A DNA stretch of 63,767 nucleotides, the filler included, from Lenisia limosa (lineage: Eukaryota; Protista; Breviatea): assembly GCA_001655205.1 (NCBI GenBank). It is 15 parts of 15 records of this genome, joined end to end, with 100 filler letters (N's around TTAATTAATTAA, not from the genome) between each part and the next. Parts side by side here need not be neighbours in the genome. Positions count along the whole stretch, not along the records: positions 1 to 3,923 come from LPNZ01005498.1; positions 4,024 to 8,489 come from LPNZ01008370.1; positions 8,590 to 12,872 come from LPNZ01007624.1; positions 12,973 to 17,441 come from LPNZ01010376.1; 11 more parts are not named here. One strand, 5' to 3'. Shown one piece after another: positions 1 to 13,075 of the stretch (within the stretch, counting starts at the first letter, position 1; each line of letters opens with the position of its first letter). The notes under the pieces were generated by a model. It ran no database searches. It was not told where the DNA came from and saw nothing but the letters and a program-made list of their open reading frames with translations. Position numbers and translations under genes: made by a program.

Positions 1-140
1 CCCCCCCCCCCCCCGGATTGTCCTGGGATTTGTTTTATTGTTATCAACCCTTGTGTGTTGTCAACTAACTAAGTTGATTTGGGGTTTGTTTTTTGTGACT
101 GCAACAACCCCCCCACCGCGACCCATATAATTTGCTGTAG

Positions 141-1927
141 CAAGCCTTCGGACAGCACTGGATGGTCATAGGCAAATCCCTGTTGGCAGACAACGCGGGT
201 CTTGCTGATAGCCACTTTTTGTATAATTATCAAAACAAGGTGGGTGTAGACGGCTTCGGCTAGATGAAGGCATATTACAATACCCATGTTGTGGCAGGGA
301 GTAACAAGGGACATTACAGTACCTATTTGTATTTCGCATCTCTACATTATGTCCAACACCCCATTTTAGCAATTTTTCATGTTATTTCCTCTTATAACCC
401 CAGGAAATCAGCTATAAAGGGATCTTGTCAGACCAAAGTTTCAGTATCCCCTTGAGGTGGGTATAGCCCCCCCGCCCCCNNNNNNNNNNNNNNNNNNNNN
501 NNNNNNNNNNNNNNNNNNNNNNNNNNNNNNNNNNNNNNNNNNNNNNNNNNNNNNNNNNNNNNNNNNNNNTTTGAACAATATGAATAGAAAATTATTTTTG
601 AGGGTTTATCTTAGATTTATCGAATTGTAGAGAATTTATTGAGGACTAATCATGGATTTGTGGATTTCACATGGATTGATTAAGGATTTATGGATAGTTT
701 TTTGTTGGCTTATCGAGTATACTAGAACTCAGTTTGTTGGGCACAAATATCAGCCTTGTTCTCTATCCCATTTTTTTGAGATCAATTGAAAAGTAATATC
801 TTTCATTACCAAACTCCCAAAAATGTTTACTTTGTTAAGGGAAATGCTTGACACACCGAAAGAGCTTTTATTTGGCTTCGGCAGTTCAATGAGTGAACTC
901 TGGGGCATGCAAGTGGGGGGTTAGATTTTAGCTTTCATTTTGATGGAGGGGTGTTGTTTTGTGATTATTACCTTTATGCCAATATTTTTTATCGAAATAT
1001 ACTTCTCTTTACCCCCCTGCAGATTCCACCCGGACATGTGAAAAGTAAACTCATGGATGTTGAGGATAACAGCTACACTCACGATACCTGTCATGGGTAA
1101 GAAAAATTGCTTATTTCGAGGACAAGTTTGATCTGTTTATTTTTTGAATATTTCATATAACTTCTTGGAATTCACTTTGTTGTCAATCGATAGTTTTTGA
1201 GATGTATTGAATAATGCAGTCTTTTGTCAGACCAAATTAAAGCCCTCTTTTTGTGTGCATATCAAATATAATGCATATTTTTGTAGATAAACCTCGAGTG
1301 TCAGTTAACTCCACCACCATGTAATAGTTTTAGCTTTGTCTCCCCCCTCGCAGATAATAAGTACGGCTTTGAGTACGTTTGTGAACAAGAAACTGGAATT
1401 TCAAACCGAAGAGACAGCATTTGTAAGTGGGCTTGCCGCATTCCATTCTGGGGAAAATAGGATGGTTGGATCGGATATGAAGCACTATTCATTCTCACGT
1501 GTAGTTTTCCCGCCACTTTTCCTCTATTTCACACCTCTCATATAATGACATTAACCCAAAAACGATTCAGTTACGGTTCATTCGTCGATGTCAACTCTGG
1601 AGAAAACATTCCCATGGAACCTCTAGCGTTCTGTTTGACTCTGTAGACGGTGGAATCGACTTGGCAACCTACATAAGCACAGGCTCATCATATAATGCTT
1701 TATGCCTTTACAGGTTGGGGACTGAAATCCTGTGACCTAGATTGCTTATCCCCATTCAAAGCTTCAAATTGATACATGATATGTCTAATTGTCCTCATAG
1801 CTCTCTCCGTTTCCTCATTACTATCCGCTTTTCCAATTTTTATACTCTGTTATCCTTATACATTCAGAGGAGCGTCAGATGGCCACACCTGTCATAAAGG
1901 CCAGATGGCAAAGAGTGGTGGACGAAG
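141..1927 (+). CDS. Multi-exon hypothetical protein, partial
   Basis: AG/GT-bounded open exons 141-239 (QAFGQHWMVIGKSLLADNAG..), 1023-1096 (IPPGHVKSKLMDVEDNSYTHDTCH), about 1345-1423 and 1870-1927. Phases of the last two are not resolved. Confidence 0.45.
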
Positions 1928-3465
1928 GTGGGTTCAATTTACCCTTTTATGATACCTCATGTACAGGGCTGCCATAAAATGGCATATACATATCATATCT
2001 AATACATGAATTAATTTTCATTTTATCTTTTTCCAAGATGTTCATCTTTTAGCTTCTATCAGAGTTTCTCTTCGGAGTATTCCAACTTTAATGCCGCTGA
2101 CGCTCCTTCCACAACAAATGGTAAGCCCCCCCCCCCCCNNNNNNNNNNNNNNNNNNNNNNNNNNNNNNNNNNNNNNNNNNNNNNNNNNNNNNNNNNNNNN
2201 NNNNAATTGGTAAAATAATCATATTAATATTGTAGCACAAAGGGTTACCAAAAACAAATCTGTCATAATACAATATGACATTCATACTTGTCAACTTGCG
2301 AGGGGACTTGCTTCCTAAAACCCCTGCAATCATTTACTCAAATAAAAAAATATTCCCGAGTACTCAAATAAAAAAATATTCCCGAGTACTCAAACCGAAA
2401 TATATTACTGTTTGGTACCATTTTATCCTTCATATTTTACAAACAGTGTTTTTTATAATATATGATATAGTAGTTAGTATATTTCTCAGGATCACCCCTC
2501 CATGACTATCCTGGACATTAAATTTGTGTGGTTTCCAGCCATGTGTGTCAACTAGCAAACAGTGTTGATTTTGGGATTTTGTCAATTGAACTTATTTACA
2601 TTCACGATGTGGTGCTGCAAAAGCTCGACTGGCCTGAGCTTTGTTTGTTTTGTTGNNNNNNNNNNNNNNNNNNNNNNNNNNNNNNNNNNNNNNNNNNNNN
2701 NNNNNNNNNNNNNNNNNNNNNNNNNNNNNNNNNNNNNNNNNNNNNNNNNNNNNNNNNNNNNNNNNNNNNNNNNNNNNNNNNNNNNNNNNNNNNNNNNNNN
2801 NNNNNNNNNNNNGATAATTATTGATTGGATTGATTATATTCCTGATGGATGAAGTGATATCGTTGTTGACACCCCAGGACAATTTGACGTCTGGGTAGCA
2901 GTGAGGGTCGAATAAGGTCCAGTTTTTAATGCAGTTTTCAATTGTCATTAGAACACATGTGGTGTGATTGTCTCATGTCAATACATCTCCGAATATTTCA
3001 GCCCCCTCCCCTCCCTAGGCTACCTTGGCTGTTTACGTTATCGCATCATGTATCAAGACTAAGGTGGCAGTGTCAAAAAATGAGTTATAGAAAAATGAAC
3101 AGAAGAGGAACTACAAAAAGAACATCACATACATATACCAAGCTTGCTATTTAAAAGTCACGAGATGTGANNNNNNNNNNNNNNNNNNNNNNNNNNNNNN
3201 NNNNNNNNNNNNNNNNNNNNNNNNNNNNNNNNNNNNNNNNNNNNNNNNNNNNNNNNNNNNNNNNNNNNNNNNNNNNNNNNNNNNNNNNNNNNNNNNNNTG
3301 TCTGAAAGAGTTAGTTTGTGCCGTGTTCAAGTACGTATGAGGTGTTGTCAGGCATGATCGGGTGAATTGAACCAATATCTCATGAGGCCAAATACCATAT
3401 ATTCTTCACCTCTAAATCTCTATATTACACATGAGGTGACAACTAATGGATATAAGTGTATACAC

Positions 3466-3923
3466 CCCTCCAACTAATGACCCATCATTGCAGCCGAAAG
3501 TGGCACCAGTGGTAGAGACTTCAGAATAGGCTATATTGTCAAGATGGGGGAAAATAGAACAAAACGAGGGAGTGTCTAGTTGTTGTCTTACAGAAAAGGA
3601 AAGTAGGTCAATTGTGATAAAATAAGACACCAAGATTTATGACACGACCCGAAATAGCGGGTAATACTCCCCTCCCCAACAAAATCCACAACATAAGGAT
3701 TTTTTTTTTTAAACAAAAAACCCCTAAATATATCCCCAAACACATATTACAGAAAAATAAAAAAACAGAAAAAACAAACCAATACGCCCAAAAACAAAAA
3801 TCCACCCCAAAATCCCAGTAACCGCCCACTGCAATGGATTTTGCCTGATCCCGTCGTGTCAATCGGCTGCATATATACCGAGGGAATCGTCGCAAAGGGG
3901 GTATCGAAGGTGATTGAGACGGA
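3466..3923 (-). CDS. Possible H-type lectin-like domain, two exons
   Basis: Exons 3923-3830 (SVSITFDTPFATIPSVYMQPIDTTGSGKIHC) and 3530-about 3466 (TYSEVSTTGATFGC) join in phase. They resemble the H-type lectin pattern V.F..PF...P.V and IT.TGF. By eye only. Confidence 0.3.
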
Positions 3924-4023
3924 NNNNNNNNNNNNNNNNNNNNNNNNNNNNNNNNNNNNNNNNNNNNTTAATTAATTAANNNNNNNNNNNNNNNNNNNNN
4001 NNNNNNNNNNNNNNNNNNNNNNN
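3924..4023. other. Artificial scaffold linker (N-run + TTAATTAATTAA + N-run), first of 14
   Basis: Identical 12-mer with stops in all six frames inside N-runs at 3968, 8534, 12917, 17486, 21212, 22915, 24430, 42025, 52630, 57817, 59094, 60200, 61340 and 62583. Confidence 0.97.
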
Positions 4024-4561
4024 TCCTACGTTATCAAGGGCCTCAGTGAACTTTGTGCGCCAAATCAGCTCAACGTCCTCGTTAAATGCTGAATTGTTGA
4101 CAGGGTGCCACATCAGTCTGATAAAAACATACTATTATCTAACCCAAAAGTGATACCATTAACTTGGTGGTGAAGAGAAGGGAAGAGAAGGAAAGAGAAG
4201 GGAAGAGAAGGGAAGGGAAGGGAAGAGAGGAAGGGAAGGGAGAGGGGAAGTAAGAAGGAGTGTATAATCCGAATTAGCTGGAGGGAAAAGTCAATGCAGA
4301 AAAACCCCTGCCATATGCTCACTTAGTTGCATTTGCTTGGGAAAACATAATACTGATAACTGTAGCTTCCTGACAGTTCGAAAAACACTGATAAACATCG
4401 ATATATATCGAGAAATTATCCCGGAATTCGGTCTTTTTGGGACCACAGGGAAGCCAATTTATATCTTTGGTTGTTTCACCCCCTCAATACCCACCAACCG
4501 AATAGCCCTTTAGAGTTGCAGAAGTCTTCGGACCCGGAAGGGACACACACGCCATTGATCG
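4024..4561 (-). CDS. Hypothetical protein exons
   Basis: Open GC-rich segments AINGVCVPSGSEDFCNSKGLFGWW and LMWHPVNNSAFNEDVELIWRTKFTEALDNVG with AG/GT boundaries. No family recognised. Confidence 0.3.
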
Positions 4562-4852
4562 CTACATTTGTGTTCAGACAAGATCGAAAAATGTAGATTA
4601 ACTCATTAAAGGGAAATATAAACAATACAATCTCCGGACTGCAAAACATATCGATAATATTCAACCTCAAATGATTGTCTCTAATATATTATGTATAGTG
4701 CTGCAAGGAGGAGTCTAAAGTGTATTATTATACTAGTAAAACACAAATAAAACTCCGAATGATTTGGTAGACTGATTCAGCCATCAATAATATCTCTCTC
4801 TTAACTACATAGCTTCCGCTTTTAGCGAACGAGACTGTCGCCAAACACGATA

Positions 4853-4902
4853 AGTCCTGACACGACTGGCTTAAGATAAAACTCAATATCCGTGTCATGA
4901 CT
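4853..4902. mobile_element. 50-bp mini-MITE (family G)
   Basis: 12-bp terminal inverted repeat AGTCCTGACACG...CGTGTCATGACT with one mismatch. Related copies near 13663-13700, 13751-13800, 16016-16052 and 56870-56918. Confidence 0.6.
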
Positions 4903-6044
4903 TTAATCTAACTAATGATAGGGTTATAATCATAAACATCTTTATTTTCCTCAACAGAAAACTCCGAGTAACAAAAGGAAGACAACCACGAGCAATAAAA
5001 CGAGGGGGAATTCAATTGGAAAACATTTGAGCCGGAATTATTTCACTGTAGTTTTCCTGGAAAAATACAGTTTCTGGAAAAAGTTGTTTCCCTGGCCCAC
5101 ATTATAAATATGTGTGTGTATTGACTCCCTTACTACCATCTGTGGTTATAAAGTTATAAATAACTTTATTTACCCCAAGTACCATAACAATGGAGACTGG
5201 AATCGTAAGGAGCAGCGATTGGGAGGGCAGCCGTGTCTCGTGCGAGGGCTGTCAACTGAAAGCAGTTAGCATCTCACAACGGTTTTCAACAGGAAGGCGA
5301 TTCAACTGACAACGACAAAGCGGTTCTCCGGTTTTTCAGCGATTTTAACATCCTCTCTTCCTCTAAAACAACACACCAAAGTTGGCTGGGTTGGGAGCAG
5401 AACAAGTCAACCTGTACCAACAAGATCAAGCAACCATATCCCACGAACTGAGGTAGGCATTGCATCGGAAATCGACATTGAAAAGGCAGATTCAGCCCAG
5501 CATAGCACAGTTCCGTTGTCTGTGGCCAAAACAGGATTGAGGGCTCCGTCGGAGCTCCAAGAAACCACAAAAGCTTCAGTACTAAAAGCTAGATTTTTGT
5601 GACAGGAAGCAAATAGGAGGCCACAGCAAACCTATGAACTCATCCCTGGGTGTTAATGACGTAATCGTGGTCGAAACAGATAGAAGAGTGACAATTAGTG
5701 CAAACAGGAACATGTTTTGCTCAAGAACAAGTACTTGCCGCGTTCGATTCTTAATTAATTAACAAAGATACACATATATTATCATTTTATATTCATTGAC
5801 TCCGACATTATGGTCTGAAACGACTTTAAATGTTTCAAAAAACAAATATTATGGATCTTTTGATCTATATATATGGCTGCTTTCTGACTCCAATTTTCAG
5901 GTAGTCTTCGGAGCCTCTTTTGTGTGCTGTTCGGCAACTCATCTGCACGTTCTCATAAGTTTGGCAAAGCTTAAATAACGGTGAAGCAACTCTAGCTTTC
6001 AACTTTTTCTTTCTGACTTTAACACGGATTCTTAAGTGTCCAAA

Positions 6045-8302
6045 ATGGTCTACTACCCAAATAGAAGAGCTGGAGAGCAGCCTCCACCTCAATTTGGCAG
6101 CGGGTTTTCTCACCCTGGGTCCTCAGCGCAGCGTGGCCCCTATGGAGGCAGCTATGGTTTCAGTCAGCCCCAACAGCACCATATGCCTGAGCAGTACGGA
6201 GCCCCCTACCGGCAGTCTCCCCAGTATCACCAGCCTTACAACACAACCCCTTACAAGCAGCCTTACAGAGCAGCGAACTACCGTTCTCCTGCAAACCGGC
6301 CACCAGTGAAGGTTGGCCCTTGTATTTCATTGTAGTTTCGTCCTTTTATTTCTGCAATTTTCCGAGCAGCTCTTGAGTGGCATTGGCACCAGTCTCACAT
6401 TTCCTTGTCTTTTTTTTTTTTTTTTTTTTNNNNNNNNNNNNNNNNNNNNNNNNNNNNNNNNNNNNNNNNNNNNNNNNNNNNNNNNNNNNNNNNNNNNNNN
6501 NNNNNNNNNNNNNNNNNNNNNNNNNNNNNNNNNNNNNNNNNNNNNNNNNNNNNNNNNNNNNNNNNNNNNNNNNNNNNNNNNNNNNNNNNNNNNNNGATTG
6601 GTGAAATCTCTTATAAGCGTGATGGTGCGGACGACGGCTTCGGCCAGATGCAACCTTATTTTTTAATTCTCATTGCTATATATAATTTTGGGGTACTGTG
6701 ATGAGTAATAACACGACTCTTGAGAGCTGCTCTGGTTCTAAACGTTCGTTTGACATACCATATGATTAACATAGAGCATATGATTAACATAGAGCTCCTA
6801 TACTGGTTGAGATGTTACCATACATGGCTCTGGAAGTTCATATATGAACCCTTACGGAAATTGTTTTGGAAGTGGGGGTGATCCTGGTAAACAGGCCAAG
6901 TGGTATGAGTGAGGGTTAGAATCTACTATCAAGCATCATCATATTTCGCCTCACTCTGTCATTATATTNNNNNNNNNNNNNNNNNNNNNNNNNNNNNNNN
7001 NNNNNNNNNNNNNNNNNNNNNNNNNNNNNNNNNNNNNNNNNNNNNNNNNNNNNNNNNNNNNNNNNNNNNNNNNNNNNNNNNNNNNNNNNNNNNNNNNNNN
7101 NNNNNNNNNNTTTAGTCCATTTCTGGAATATGGTAATACTACAGACACATCAAAACCCTCGTATTGTTCGAACTCAGGTGGAAGCGGCGAAAGTCTTGAA
7201 GAAAACAGTCCCCGGTAAGCCTCAGACTCAGGGTGAGTGGACTAAAAAGGGTCTAAAAAGCTCTGGGTGAGGGTCTTGGACAAATATGCATATAATAATA
7301 TCATATGAGATAACATTTTTTATGGTAAAGGGATGGATTATGAATAAATATGAATATCCTCGTGTTGATACCTTCGGCCTGGGGTTCCCTAATTGTGAGC
7401 GGGTGGTACTCCGTCTTAGAAGTCAAGATGATGTCTTGAAATACAATAAAAAAAAGGGGGAAGGGAAATAATACTCTGTTTCTCTTGGTTAATTGGCAGA
7501 GCGGATGGTTTCAGGAGTTACTGGGAGATTGTACTGTCTTTAAGTAAGGGATTTTGTATTGCATTTTTAATGTACTAACAGTAAGGGGTTTGACGGTTTA
7601 TTTCTAACATTTTTGGGACCTTTGGGAACACACGATAAATGTGATAATGGTGAAATGAAAGTGTGAAGAGTTTGCGAAAGCACACTGCCCTAGATCTTCT
7701 CAGAGGCATACTCGTATAAGATAAGGCATTGTTTGTATGTTTTTTTTTGTTTTTTTGGCAGTAAACTATCTATTGAAACAAGGACCATAAATGTAAGACG
7801 TCCATAAAAGTAAAATTCAAATGGGTTTCTGAGATATGTGAGAAACCCGCATGGGTCTGTTTTTTTTTTGGAATGTGGAATGTGGCACGTCAGATACTAT
7901 ATATATGATATTCATTGTGTTGAGAGCTTGAAAATAGACTTCCGTGTTTGAAAAAGACAAAAAAAAATTCAGCCAGGGGTGCGTTGATTCATCATATTTG
8001 TTGGGCTTCGCTTGGGACTCTTCGATAAATTTGTTTTCTCAGACTTCCTGGAAAGGGAGGAGCGTGTAATATTTCGATAATTTCAACACTTTGTTCTCTT
8101 TTTTTTTTTTTTTTTTTNNNNNNNNNNNNNNNNNNNNNNNNNNNNNNNNNNNNNNNNNNNNNNNNNNNNNNNNNNNNNNNNNNNNNNNNNNNNNNNNNNN
8201 NNNNNNNNNNNNNNNNNNNNNNNCCAAAAGACCATAGTTCCCGCTAAGAAGTCCCCCATTAAGGAGAAGCCTGCCGCGCCCGTAACCACGGACGATCTTA
8301 AG
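6045..8302 (+). CDS. Hypothetical protein with Q/P/Y/G-rich low-complexity N-terminus, 5' partial gene
   Basis: ATG 6045, exon to 6311 (MVYYPNRRAGEQPPPQFGSG..PPVK, then GTTGG). Further exons 7145-7214 and about 8224-8302 end at GTAAG and GTATG donors. Confidence 0.6.
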
Positions 8303-8589
8303 GTATGGTTGGGGCATCACTTCGATCCGAAAAAAAACTGGTAAATTATCGATTGTTTGTTTTCGAGGATTTATCGAGAAATTCAGTCTTTTTTTTTGAA
8401 CCAAAGCCCTAGCTAGGTATGGCTTTGAAGGGTTAAAGGGCGAACTTGCCCCCCTTGAGTTTGTCACTGGCCCAATATTGTTTCTTTTCNNNNNNNNNNN
8501 NNNNNNNNNNNNNNNNNNNNNNNNNNNNNNNNNTTAATTAATTAANNNNNNNNNNNNNNNNNNNNNNNNNNNNNNNNNNNNNNNNNNNN

Positions 8590-9241
8590 CAGCCAGCTCA
8601 GATTTGGAGGAGGCTTCGTGGAAGCTATCAAGATCTAACCAAGAGAAGTACTTATCGATGGTGCAAGTAAGTACAAGCTAGGAAGATTGTCGAGAACATA
8701 AAGCACACTGGAAGGCCAAGGACCACCAAAGAGCAAGATGAGAGAATAGTGGAGAAAGTTGCTCATGAACCGATGCTAAAAACTAATTTCATCAGATGTG
8801 CTGTGACCATGTGAATCTTTGAAATGCTGTTTTCCAGCAAGACAATGATCCAAAACACACTGCGAAGGTAAGAAGATTACTTTCATCATGTCTAATGGAA
8901 TAAATTTGTGGTTTGTGTTAGTCGAATGTGAAAAGAATTGACAAAAGGTAAATTTACTAATACAGATTTGTAAACGCTACTTTGAAGCGACCCCCTACGA
9001 GCTACTAGATTGGCCAGCACAGAGCCCCGACCTGAACCCAATTGAGCATGTGTGGTACCTTCTGTACCGAGCACTTCGTGCGTCTGGCGTCAAGCCAACA
9101 TCAGAATCGGATGTGATGGAGCATTTACAAGCTGCTTGGTCCAAGGTACCCAAAACTGACATAAAACACCTAATTGAGTCCATGTCTCGTCGTTGCCAAG
9201 CTGTTATCAATGCCAAGGGAGGGACTACAAGGCTGTTTTGA
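8590..9241 (+). pseudogene. Tc1-family DDE transposase relic interrupted by two spliceosomal introns
   Basis: Spliced reading: SNQEKYLSMVQ | MCCDHVNL*NAVFQQDNDPKHTAK | ICKRYFEATPYELLDWPAQSPDLNPIEHVW..MSRRCQAVINAKGGTTRLF*. Matches Tc1 motifs FQQDNDPKHT and WPSQSPDLNPIEH. In-frame TGA at 8820 and an apparent deletion after FGGG. Confidence 0.87.
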
Positions 9242-9660
9242 TTTGGTAGTTTCAGTATATTGACCTTCAGTACTCTGGTGTATACCTCCCACTAAGCAAC
9301 CAAGGAAATTTTTGATACCCCACGTTCCAAGCCCCTTAATAAACAAAAAATAAACAGTATCAGAAAGCTCAGACCATCTTGATGGATAAAGAATATTAAT
9401 GGTTGGGAAATACCTTTTGAGATGAATTTGCACTAAAAATACAGTCAAATAAAAAAATAAAAAAGGAATGAGAGAGAGAAACAATACTTGTCAATTCCTC
9501 CATCCTATTCTGTCTTAATCATGAAAGCTTGCATGATTGCATCAAATACTTCCCTCGTACTATTCCAAATCATTTCTTCATCCTCCCCATATTCTTCCAC
9601 AATTTACCTAATGATAAAGTCATTCATTTTATTCTGTTTTAAGCACCTAACAATTCTTAC

Positions 9661-11619
9661 CATTTCCTTGTGATGGATTTCAAGGCTCTGGTCAGCGAAG
9701 AGTCCGGGGTGGCTGAGACCTGCACAACAGAAGAGAACATCAACAGCGCGGCCATGATGCTGCTGGGAGGCTAGGAAGGCTGGGGAGGTTGAGGGTGAAA
9801 TTGAAAAAAATTATGAAACAAAATATAACCCAAAATCAACTATATTGACTGCCAACACAAGAGCATTTAAAACAACAAAACAAACAAAGCCNNNNNNNNN
9901 NNNNNNNNNNNNNNNNNNNNNNNNNNNNNNNNNNNNNNNNNNNNNNNNNNNNNNNNNNNNNNNNNNNNNNNNNNNNNNNNNNNNNNNNNNNAAAACTACA
10001 AAAAGGGAGGTTTCTTCTATCACCCCAGGCCTAACCATGATCAACATTTGCTTTCTCCGTGACATCACAACTCAAAGCATAGACGTTGTCAACGTTACTC
10101 ACGAATTGATCCAACTAAAAGGTCAAAAAAAACAATAATAGCATTTGTATATGATGAAATAATATTTACTATATCGATATATCATAGTATATTATAGTAT
10201 ATCATATATAAATATGTAGTATGTATATATGCATAGCTATACTATACAAAATATAATTACGTATTATGTGCATATTATCACTTTAAAAGTTATAATNNNN
10301 NNNNNNNNNNNNNNNNNNNNNNNNNNNNNNNNNNNNNNNNNNNNNNNNNNNNNNNACCATTTTCCATACAGTTATATCATGCCCACTCGCGATAATTGTT
10401 CGACAAGTTTCAATAATGGAGGAATATTAGGCTCATACCGGGATGACAAGGAAATATCTTAGATAACCCTTCACTTTTGGTTCCAAAAAAAACTGACAAA
10501 ATATCGATATTTATCGGGGATTTATCGATAATTCAGTCTTTTTTTGGAACCGAAGATGCCCTAATCTAGAATGGTGTACACTGTNNNNNNNNNNNNNNNN
10601 NNNNNNNNNNNNNNNNNNNNNNNNNNNNNNNNNNNNNNNNNNNNNNNNNNNNNNNNNNNNNNNNNNNNNNNNNNNNNNNNNNNNNNNNNNNNNNNNNNNN
10701 NNNNNNNNNNNNNNNNNNNNNNNNNNNNNNNNNNNNNNNNNNNNNNNNNNNNNNNNNNNNNNNNNNNNNNNNNNNNNNNNNNNNNNNNNNCAAAATTGTG
10801 AGAGTTTGTCGTAATTGTGTTCATCTACAAATGCACTGGTATTTGTTTTACCGAATGCAGTAAAAAAAGACAACGTGATAAAAGTGGTATTTTCATGAAC
10901 ATAATACTGTAAATGCGGTTTAAGGTAACTATTGAGTTGATCTGTCTAATGCATTAAGGGTTAGGTCAATTTACTTTTTTGTAACCTCAGACTGAACCCT
11001 CACTATCCAAATAATCTCTCTCTCTCTCTCTCTCTCTTTTTTCTACCTCTATCTCGCGCGCGCGCGCTCNNNNNNNNNNNNNNNNNNNNNNNNNNNNNNN
11101 NNNNNNNNNNNNNNNNNNNNNNNNNNNNNNNNNNNNNNNNNNNNNNNNNNNNNNNNNNNNNNNNNNNNNNNNNNNNNNNNNNNNNNNNNNNNNNNNNNNN
11201 NNNNNNNNNNNNNNNNNNNNNNNNNNNNNNNNNNNNNNNNNNNNNNNNNNNATTATTTGCAACTACAGACATTTTATTAAATACTTCATTTTAAGTCAAG
11301 ACCTTTCGGTTCAAAAAAGACGGAATTTCTCGATAAATCCTCGAAAACTATCAATATTTTACCGGTATTTTATGAACCGAAGTGAAGCTCCCCCCCCCAA
11401 CCTTGGCCCCGGCCTGGGCGCAGAGTTGGGCAATGGCAAAGCCGAGCCCCGAGGAGCCACCGGAAATGACCACATGTTTGAAGGCAATTGTGTCCTGGAA
11501 TCCGTGAATTTGTTGTATGAGATTTTTTTGAAATCATGGTGATTAAGCATCTTAATGCAAAAGATGACCCTGTCTTGCATATGTGATTGCTACATCACTA
11601 CTCGGGGAAAATGAGAAAT

Positions 11620-11683
<64 letters not shown>

Positions 11684-12039
11684 NNNNNNNNNNNNNNNNN
11701 NNNNNNNNNNNNNNNNNNNNNNNNNNNNNNNNNNNNNNNNNNNNNNNNNNNNNNNNNNNNNNNNNNNNTAACTGAGACCTGCAAGAAGAATTATTTATTA
11801 TTTGATACGTGACAGCGTATTATAAGGAAGCTAACATTTTAAAAAATCAATAGTATATCAGAAAATCTCAAACAAACACCTTTCTTAAGATACAAAAGGA
11901 AGATCCCATCTTGGCTTACCTTAAAGGGCTTGAAAGTCCTCCTAAAGTAGCGCACAGCCTCCTCAACAACAATGGCCAGAAAGATAAGGTAGGCAATGTT
12001 CCAGAACCACGATTCAAACGGGAAGATGAGGAACAGCAT
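9661..12039 (-). CDS. KDSR: 3-ketodihydrosphingosine reductase-like SDR, 3' part missing
   Basis: Exons 12039-11920 (N-terminal membrane anchor), 11494-11402 (HVVISGGSSGLGFAIAQ), 10114-10036 (VYALSCDVTEK) and 9779-9661 (VDVLFCCAGLSHPGLF). Confidence 0.82.
11624..11683. repeat. (GA)n microsatellite running into a gap
   Basis: About 30 GA units. A shorter (CT)n and (CG)n tract lies at about 11016-11069. Confidence 0.95.
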
Positions 12040-12235
12040 TGTATAATGATCAAGGAGAAGACAGACAAGTCGCTGAGCCAAAAACCCTGCCTAGATTTGT
12101 TTCTATTTTACTATGATGATGTCAATAATAAGAGGAAAAGAAGGTGTGAGGGTGGGTGAAGACCCAAAACAATCCCGGGACGGCCTTACTTAATAAAGAT
12201 CTGAATTTTTTTCCAAAAAAATCATTCCAACCACA

Positions 12236-12655
12236 ATGAATAGGGCTTTTGTGTTATTCCTTGCCATCCTGGCAGTAGCCACTGCTCAGTACATCAAAGA
12301 TGAGTACACTCAAAGAACCATGAAGACTCTTAAGCAGTTTGTTAAACATTAGAACGTGTTCTTTTAACGTAATTTAGTCCTGAGCATCAGTTCATTGGCT
12401 CTCTTCCTGACACCTGGGATTGGTATGCGAACTCGAAGTTAAGGGCTGTTCACTGACTGCTTTAGGCGTGATATCAACGGCACCAACTACGTGTCCCCAG
12501 TTCGTAACCAGGTACGGTCCCAACCTTCATATTGGCGGGAAATCTTTTTGTGCTACCTCGCTTCTGACCCTTCTGCAGCACCTTCCCGTCTATTGTGGCT
12601 CATGCTGGGCCATGTCAACCACTTCCGCCCTTGCTGACAGACTTAACATCAAGAA
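12236..12655 (+). CDS. CTSZ: Cathepsin Z/X cysteine protease, 5' part
   Basis: Signal peptide [17 protein letters not shown], then LPDTWDW | [15 protein letters not shown] | [25 protein letters not shown], the cathepsin Z RNQHIP.YCGSCW signature. Short introns 12423-12465 and 12512-12578. Confidence 0.92.
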
Positions 12656-13075
12656 GTGAGCGATCACGGGGCTGTCGTGAGTGTTGCCTTTTGCAAGTCT
12701 TCAGGATCTTCATACACACTCTATCAATCATAATAATATAATCGTGGATACTATAAAGCATTGCCATACTTATCCATTTCTTTTGTTTCTGTACATGAGA
12801 TCTTGTTGTGAGTGTTTCCGCGGTATTTTTTTTTTTGATGGGATATGTTCCTTGTGTGTTATCAGCCAACAGNNNNNNNNNNNNNNNNNNNNNNNNNNNN
12901 NNNNNNNNNNNNNNNNTTAATTAATTAANNNNNNNNNNNNNNNNNNNNNNNNNNNNNNNNNNNNNNNNNNNNAAAAAAAAAAATAAAAAAAAAATAATAA
13001 ATAAGGATATCGATAAACATCAATTGAGCAAAGTACCCACCACCACCACCACCTCTTTGGTAGTTCCCAACATAC

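Noticed and set aside
121-140. Stop-codon reassignment (in-frame TAG at 138-140; TGA in the Tc1 copy)
   Set aside because: The TAG is explained as an acceptor, and the Tc1 copy is otherwise degraded. Conserved host exons have no internal stops, and genes appear to end in TAA (OST48), TGA (Pol A) and TAG (exonuclease).
2845-2910. DIVVDTPGQ as a GTPase G3-like motif
   Set aside because: Bounded by stops, with no supporting neighbouring exons.
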